This document shows, one piece after another, positions 59,635 through 64,000 of a DNA stretch of 64,000 nt. The stretch covers positions 17,323 to 81,322 of the IMG/VR virus record IMGVR_UViG_3300043464_002317; one strand, 5' to 3'. The number at the start of each line of letters is the position of its first letter. The first letter of the stretch is position 1. The position numbers and the translations under genes are program-made. The notes beneath the pieces were generated by a model. That model was given only the letters and a program-made list of their open reading frames with translations. It made no database searches and had not been told where the DNA came from. Source of the DNA: a virus.

Positions 59635-59903
59635 GCTCTTGATGTTTTTAGGAAGTAATATTCCATACTTTTTTTATCTTTACAAATATAGTTTAGCTCT
59701 TTTAACTCTCTCATTTTTCTAAGCTCTCTAAGTACAGTATCTGGATAAAAATATCGGATTCCAGTAAATTTACGGATATACGCTATTAGCTCTGGAGATT
59801 TAAAAGATTCTCTCTTTTCTTTTTTAGCTGTTTTGAAAAAATCAATAATAGCTGTTCTGAATTTTTGTGATTTGCTAACCATAGTCGTTTCATTTTTTTG
59901 CAT
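59631..59903 (-). CDS. Putative winged-helix DNA-binding protein
   Basis: Likely start 59903 after an AAAC leader; YPDTVLRELRKMRE...LNY.C. Confidence 0.45.
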   Translation of the reverse strand: MQKNETTMVSKSQKFRTAIIDFFKTAKKEKRESFKSPELIAYIRKFTGIRYFYPDTVLRELRKMRELKELNYICKDKKSMEYYFLKTSRA

Positions 59904-59913
59904 TTTGTTTTGT

Positions 59914-60204
59914 TTATTTGTTATTAAATTTTTTATTATAATACTCTTCTCCAAAAGAAAGATTTTCTTTATCAAGAAGTTCTAAAATCTCATCTTTTGA
60001 TAGGTTTTCTAATTCATAATAGAAGTTAAAACATTTATCAGCACAATAGTTACCTGAGTCTATTATTTGTGCTTTTTCTATAATTTTAGCCTTATGTATG
60101 ACATTCAATTCTTCTTTTAAATAATCCGCAAAAGATAATTTACCAGTTCTTAGTTGCAACTTTAAATTATAAATTGCTTGCTCAATTTGTGTAACTGCTG
60201 TCAT
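59914..60204 (-). CDS. Hypothetical protein
   Basis: MTAV...AK..EK.QIID...GEEYYNKKF pattern typical of small Bacteroidota-phage proteins. Confidence 0.55.
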   Translation of the reverse strand: MTAVTQIEQAIYNLKLQLRTGKLSFADYLKEELNVIHKAKIIEKAQIIDSGNYCADKCFNFYYELENLSKDEILELLDKENLSFGEEYYNKKFNNK

Positions 60205-60407
60205 CTAATTAAAATATAAATTATTGTGTAAACAATTGAAGATAATGCAAAAATAATACAAGAAGAAAAAAGTGCAATAAGACTATTATAATCATCTTCA
60301 CCACACAAAACAAAACTATAAAATTCTTTAAGTGATAGGTTTATTCTTCTTGCATAAATATATTGGCAAAAAAGTGTTGTTAGTATTGCTGGTATAATTA
60401 CTTCCAT
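60201..60407 (-). CDS. Small membrane protein
   Basis: 68 aa, two hydrophobic segments; preceded by a promoter box. Confidence 0.55.
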   Translation of the reverse strand: MEVIIPAILTTLFCQYIYARRINLSLKEFYSFVLCGEDDYNSLIALFSSCIIFALSSIVYTIIYILIR

Positions 60408-60411
60408 GATA

Positions 60412-60419
60412 CAAATATA
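60412..60419 (-). promoter_or_regulatory. Bacteroidota-type -7 promoter box
   Basis: TATATTTG on the minus strand 4 nt upstream of ATG 60407. Confidence 0.6.
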
Positions 60420-60448
60420 AGGATAATTTATTAAAAATAGAAATTTTT

Positions 60449-60982
60449 TTACTTTTTTAACAATTCATATAATTTACTATCCGCTAAATCCCAATTGGTA
60501 GCAAAAACATTTTTACCTTTCCAAATTAGATTATTAAGCTTACTTATATACGTCTTCTCTGTGCTCATCACATAATTTTCTACTGCATCGTATACAGCTG
60601 TGCCTTCTTCTTGTGTTTCAGCTAAAAACCAAGCCACCAACTCTACAATTTCTTTTTTATTACCTATTAATAATCCTCTGCTCTCGTATAAGTCTATAAG
60701 ATTTTTTGTTAACTCTTTAGCTTCCTCAGTAACCTTAGCTATCTGTAATTCTTTAAGAAAAGATTTTGCTTTCATAGTAAGTCTTGCGCCTAAATATGCA
60801 GGTTTATTTTTAGGAAGAGAAGAAGTTTTAGTAACTAATTTTCTCTGAAATAATTTATTAAGAGACTCTGAGCAGTTATCTAATCTTTCATACTCTTTTT
60901 GACGAATACAAAAAATAACTAACAATTCATTATTTTTCCACTCGAAACTTTCTTTTTCTAATAAATCAAAATTTATATACAT
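60449..60982 (-). CDS. Putative replication initiator/helicase-loader-like protein
   Basis: 177 aa; winged-helix-like N-half (RLTMKAKSFL) and helical C-half; lies in the replication cluster. Confidence 0.4.
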   Translation of the reverse strand: MYINFDLLEKESFEWKNNELLVIFCIRQKEYERLDNCSESLNKLFQRKLVTKTSSLPKNKPAYLGARLTMKAKSFLKELQIAKVTEEAKELTKNLIDLYESRGLLIGNKKEIVELVAWFLAETQEEGTAVYDAVENYVMSTEKTYISKLNNLIWKGKNVFATNWDLADSKLYELLKK

Positions 60983-60983
60983 A

Positions 60984-62354
60984 TTATGCTTTTTGTAATC
61001 TTAATAAATGCCTTTCAGTTTCTTTTCGGAATAATTTCATTTTTTCTGAGTATGGGGGTATCATTCCATTCATCAACCATTTTAAATAATCTACTGGTAT
61101 ATCTTTTACTAATTTTCCATTATGTTTTCCAAACCATATCTTCATAGGTTTTGGTTTAAATAAATCTTCAAAATAAGTATTATCAATAGTATTAGAAAGG
61201 GTAGGGACTATTTTTTTATTAGTCAGTCGCCTATTTCCAGACAACATAACCCAACTATCATCTTTTCTTTCAAAAGAAATATTCTCTAAAGTTCCAAACT
61301 CTTTGATATTCCCAGATAAATCTATAATGAGTAAATCTTTTTTATTTGGGTGAGGTCTAACACCTCTACCTGCTTGTTGGTAGTATATTGCAAACGATTG
61401 TGTTGGTCTTAACATTATTATTGCATCTAATTCTGGATGGTCAAACCCAACTGATAATATGTTTACATTTGCAACTACATCAATCTCTTTATTTTTAAAT
61501 TTAGTAATTATCTCATCACGTTCTGTTTGAGGAGTGTTACTACTCACAGCATAACAACCATCTATAATCTTACTAATAGCCTCTGCTTCATGAATACTTG
61601 GCATAAAAAGAAGAATAGATTTTCTACCCTGAGCTCTCAATCTTTCTACTTGTGCTAAAACTTTCTCATGAAGATTATTAGCTTGAAAAAATTTTCTAAG
61701 TGAATTTTCTGTATAATCAGCCCCAGTGGAGTTAAGTACCAAATCTTTTTTATCTACTTTATACTCTTCATATTTAATCTTAGCCCAGTAATTTTGTTCT
61801 ACAACTTCTTTTATTTGAGTTACATGGATTATTTTATTAAATATGTTTTTTCTTGAATCTGTAATCATCATCAAAAATGCTCCATACATACTTGCACGAA
61901 GTTCTATAGGGGTGGCAGTAAACCCTATAACTTTTGTAACTCCAATCCCTTTTATAAATTTAGCTGTTAATGAGCTATGTTTTGTTTGCAGATGAGCTTC
62001 ATCTATCAAAACTAATTTAACACCCATAGTTTTAATCTGCTCTACTTCTTTTATAATAGAACCGATAGTTGCAAAAGTTACATGCCCAAGCTCTCTTTTT
62101 TTAGCAGATGCTGAGTATATAGAAGCTTCGTTACCATATGAAATGTATTTATCATAGTTCTGCTTCAATAGTTCTTTAGAGGGTTGTAGCACGATTATTG
62201 GAAAGTCTACTTCATTTGCTATTGCAGCTATATATAAACTCTTGCCTGCCCCAGTAGGAGCTATTTCAATAGCTTTACTTAAATCAGCTCTATCATTAAT
62301 ATAAGCTAATGCTTCATCAACGCCTCTTTGTTGGTATGGTCTTAATTTAAACAT
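60984..62354 (-). CDS. Superfamily 2 (DEAH) helicase
   Basis: LRPYQ, APTGAGKS, IDEAH, GFTATP, LSVGFDHP, QQAGRG.R; C-terminal FGKHNG...IP.DYLKW domain. Confidence 0.92.
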   Translation of the reverse strand: MFKLRPYQQRGVDEALAYINDRADLSKAIEIAPTGAGKSLYIAAIANEVDFPIIVLQPSKELLKQNYDKYISYGNEASIYSASAKKRELGHVTFATIGSIIKEVEQIKTMGVKLVLIDEAHLQTKHSSLTAKFIKGIGVTKVIGFTATPIELRASMYGAFLMMITDSRKNIFNKIIHVTQIKEVVEQNYWAKIKYEEYKVDKKDLVLNSTGADYTENSLRKFFQANNLHEKVLAQVERLRAQGRKSILLFMPSIHEAEAISKIIDGCYAVSSNTPQTERDEIITKFKNKEIDVVANVNILSVGFDHPELDAIIMLRPTQSFAIYYQQAGRGVRPHPNKKDLLIIDLSGNIKEFGTLENISFERKDDSWVMLSGNRRLTNKKIVPTLSNTIDNTYFEDLFKPKPMKIWFGKHNGKLVKDIPVDYLKWLMNGMIPPYSEKMKLFRKETERHLLRLQKA

Positions 62355-62356
62355 GA

Positions 62357-62614
62357 TTATTTATTATTATAAAAATAATAAGGTGAATTTCCAAAGCTTC
62401 TGTCAATATCTTCATTCATACTAGGTTTTACTTTAGTAGCATGTACTTTTAAGTAACTACCTTTACTATCTTCTGCGAGCTTTCCATCCATTGTATTTAA
62501 ATAAACTAAATTAGCTCCACCAGCAGTATCAAAATCACCTATTTTATATTTAGTACCTTCAAATTCAACAGTATCTCCTTTTTTTAAACCAGTATTTTCG
62601 TTTAATTGAGCCAT
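62357..62614 (-). CDS. Hypothetical protein (small beta-barrel-like)
   Basis: 85-aa ORF; minus-strand TATTTTTA box at 62631-62638 upstream. Confidence 0.5.
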   Translation of the reverse strand: MAQLNENTGLKKGDTVEFEGTKYKIGDFDTAGGANLVYLNTMDGKLAEDSKGSYLKVHATKVKPSMNEDIDRSFGNSPYYFYNNK

Positions 62615-62674
62615 ATTATTTATTTTGATGTAAAAATACAGTTTCTTTTCGGTAAAAAGAAATTTTTTAACACT

Positions 62675-64000
62675 TTAATGTGTTTGTGCCCAGTTTGCGC
62701 CTACTTGCCACTCAAAGCCAAGAGGAATATTTAATTTCATCAACTCGCATGTTTTTGCTATAGCTTTATTTATACTTTCTGATACTGGATTTGGTAAAGC
62801 TACATACCATTTTTTAACATGACTTAGTGGTGTTAATTGAGCTCCAGAGTAGTTTTTTATAAATTCTTTTCCTTCTTCTTCATTATCAAATACTTTGTAT
62901 TTAACAATTGTATTTTTTACAGCTAAGGCTACTTCATCGTGCATAGAAATCATTTCACAAGCATCAGGTTTTGCTATAAAAGGGTCTATTGTAAAACCAG
63001 CTTTTTCTATTTCGTTTAATAACAACACTGTAGTATACTTAGCGCAAATAGCTCCAGCAGACTGAAATAAACTATTTAATAGGCTATGAGGGCTTCTGGC
63101 AATAATTTTTCTACCATCAATACCTATGATAAACTCTCTATTATTATTTTCCCAAGTTTCTAAAACTTCTTCTTTTAAAGCTTTTAACGCTGGCATAGCC
63201 TCCCAAGCTTCTTCGTATATTCTTTTACCTTCCTCTAAAGATTCTCCAGTCATTTTGGCGATTTTTTTAGGTTGCGCTCCATAAATACAGTTTCCTGTAA
63301 TTCCTATAAAATTATCTTGCCATATAATAAAACTTGAATTTTTTGTAGTGAGACAAAAAGTATCTTGTATACCTAAAGTATCTTTTTTTATCTCTTGGCA
63401 AGTTAGATGTGATTTTTTCTTTTTTCTTATAGAAATACATTTATCACTCTTATTTGTGAATGAGAGTCTACCCGTACCTAACAGTTGCATAGCTGTTGCA
63501 ACACCATCAAAAATATTACCTTTATTTTGCGAAATAAGGTATTCTTTATTTTTTTGAAAAGACTTTACATTACCATCACCTAAAAAAAATCCATACATGA
63601 ATCTTTCTAAACTTTCCCTTTTTAAAGATATAACCCACTTAACCCAGTTTATATCATGCTTATCTTTTCTAATACCAACAACTCTATCTATAAATTTTCT
63701 TGCACACTCATTTGAAATAACATATATTACAACTGTATTACCATTATCGGGGGTTGGTCTGGGATATTTATAAAACGAAATATTAAGTTTATTTAACAAT
63801 TTTTCTATATGTTCTGTATAATAATTTATAGATTGTGTGATTAATACACGAACCTCTTTTTTTAAACCTTTTGAAGCTGAAGTATTCTCAGATTTTTTTG
63901 ACCAAGTAATACTTCCTTCTGATAAAATCCAACCGATAAGCTCCGATTCATCTGGAGTTATATCACTATCTCCTCCGATATATGGTGCGGATAGAAGTAT
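62675..64000 (-). CDS. polA: Family A DNA polymerase, C-terminal part, intein-containing (5' end outside window)
   Basis: Frame open from 64000; motif B tail CIYGAQ..KI, GIDGR, LNSLFQSAGA, motif C MHDE, G.NWAQTH. Confidence 0.9.
   Translation of the reverse strand: MLLSAPYIGGDSDITPDESELIGWILSEGSITWSKKSENTSASKGLKKEVRVLITQSINYYTEHIEKLLNKLNISFYKYPRPTPDNGNTVVIYVISNECARKFIDRVVGIRKDKHDINWVKWVISLKRESLERFMYGFFLGDGNVKSFQKNKEYLISQNKGNIFDGVATAMQLLGTGRLSFTNKSDKCISIRKKKKSHLTCQEIKKDTLGIQDTFCLTTKNSSFIIWQDNFIGITGNCIYGAQPKKIAKMTGESLEEGKRIYEEAWEAMPALKALKEEVLETWENNNREFIIGIDGRKIIARSPHSLLNSLFQSAGAICAKYTTVLLLNEIEKAGFTIDPFIAKPDACEMISMHDEVALAVKNTIVKYKVFDNEEEGKEFIKNYSGAQLTPLSHVKKWYVALPNPVSESINKAIAKTCELMKLNIPLGFEWQVGANWAQTH
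63290..64000 (-). mobile_element. Intein with LAGLIDADG homing endonuclease (partial)
   Basis: LIGWILSEG and FMYGFFLGDG motifs; block F DTFCLTT.NSSF; C-terminal ITGN followed by +1 Cys (63289-63287). Confidence 0.88.

Noticed and set aside
1-64000. Stop-codon reassignment, as in some crAss-like phages
   Set aside because: ORFs up to 2207 aa tile both arms in the standard code, and TGA and TAG serve as plausible stops
1-64000. tRNA, rRNA, integrase or reverse transcriptase genes
   Set aside because: Intergenic gaps are short and explained by terminators or promoters; no cloverleaf, recombinase or YxDD-in-context motif seen

Overview
AT-rich, densely coding segment of a lytic tailed-phage genome of the crAss-like lineage (Crassvirales or close relatives) that most likely infects Bacteroidota (TAnnTTTG promoter boxes, A-rich leaders without Shine-Dalgarno). 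Positions 1-55531 (+) are the virion arm: major capsid protein, ring/tail proteins, a variable fibre block with lysis genes, IHF-like protein, tail tubular and muzzle/stabilisation proteins, then six large putative cargo/ejection proteins. Positions 55564-64000 (-) are the replication arm: DnaB, SF2 helicase, nucleotide-pool enzymes and a family A DNA polymerase with a LAGLIDADG intein running off the window. The most striking signals are: (1) about 9,360 cargo residues contain only four Cys, all at the facing termini of three consecutive giant proteins (possible head-to-tail disulfide chain); (2) a 1448-aa protein built from unrelated modules separated by a recurring [FYMWLKGE]-[QK]-x-G-G motif (possible polyprotein or packaging tag); (3) four virion-arm promoters with the fixed layout AAC-N7-GTTAT-N27-TAnnTTT(G/A), with no recognisable virion RNA polymerase motif; (4) a DGR-type variable region with no template or reverse transcriptase in the window; (5) domain cassettes in the giant proteins bounded by short DNA repeats. 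All annotations come from reading motifs and gene order by eye; no database search was run.
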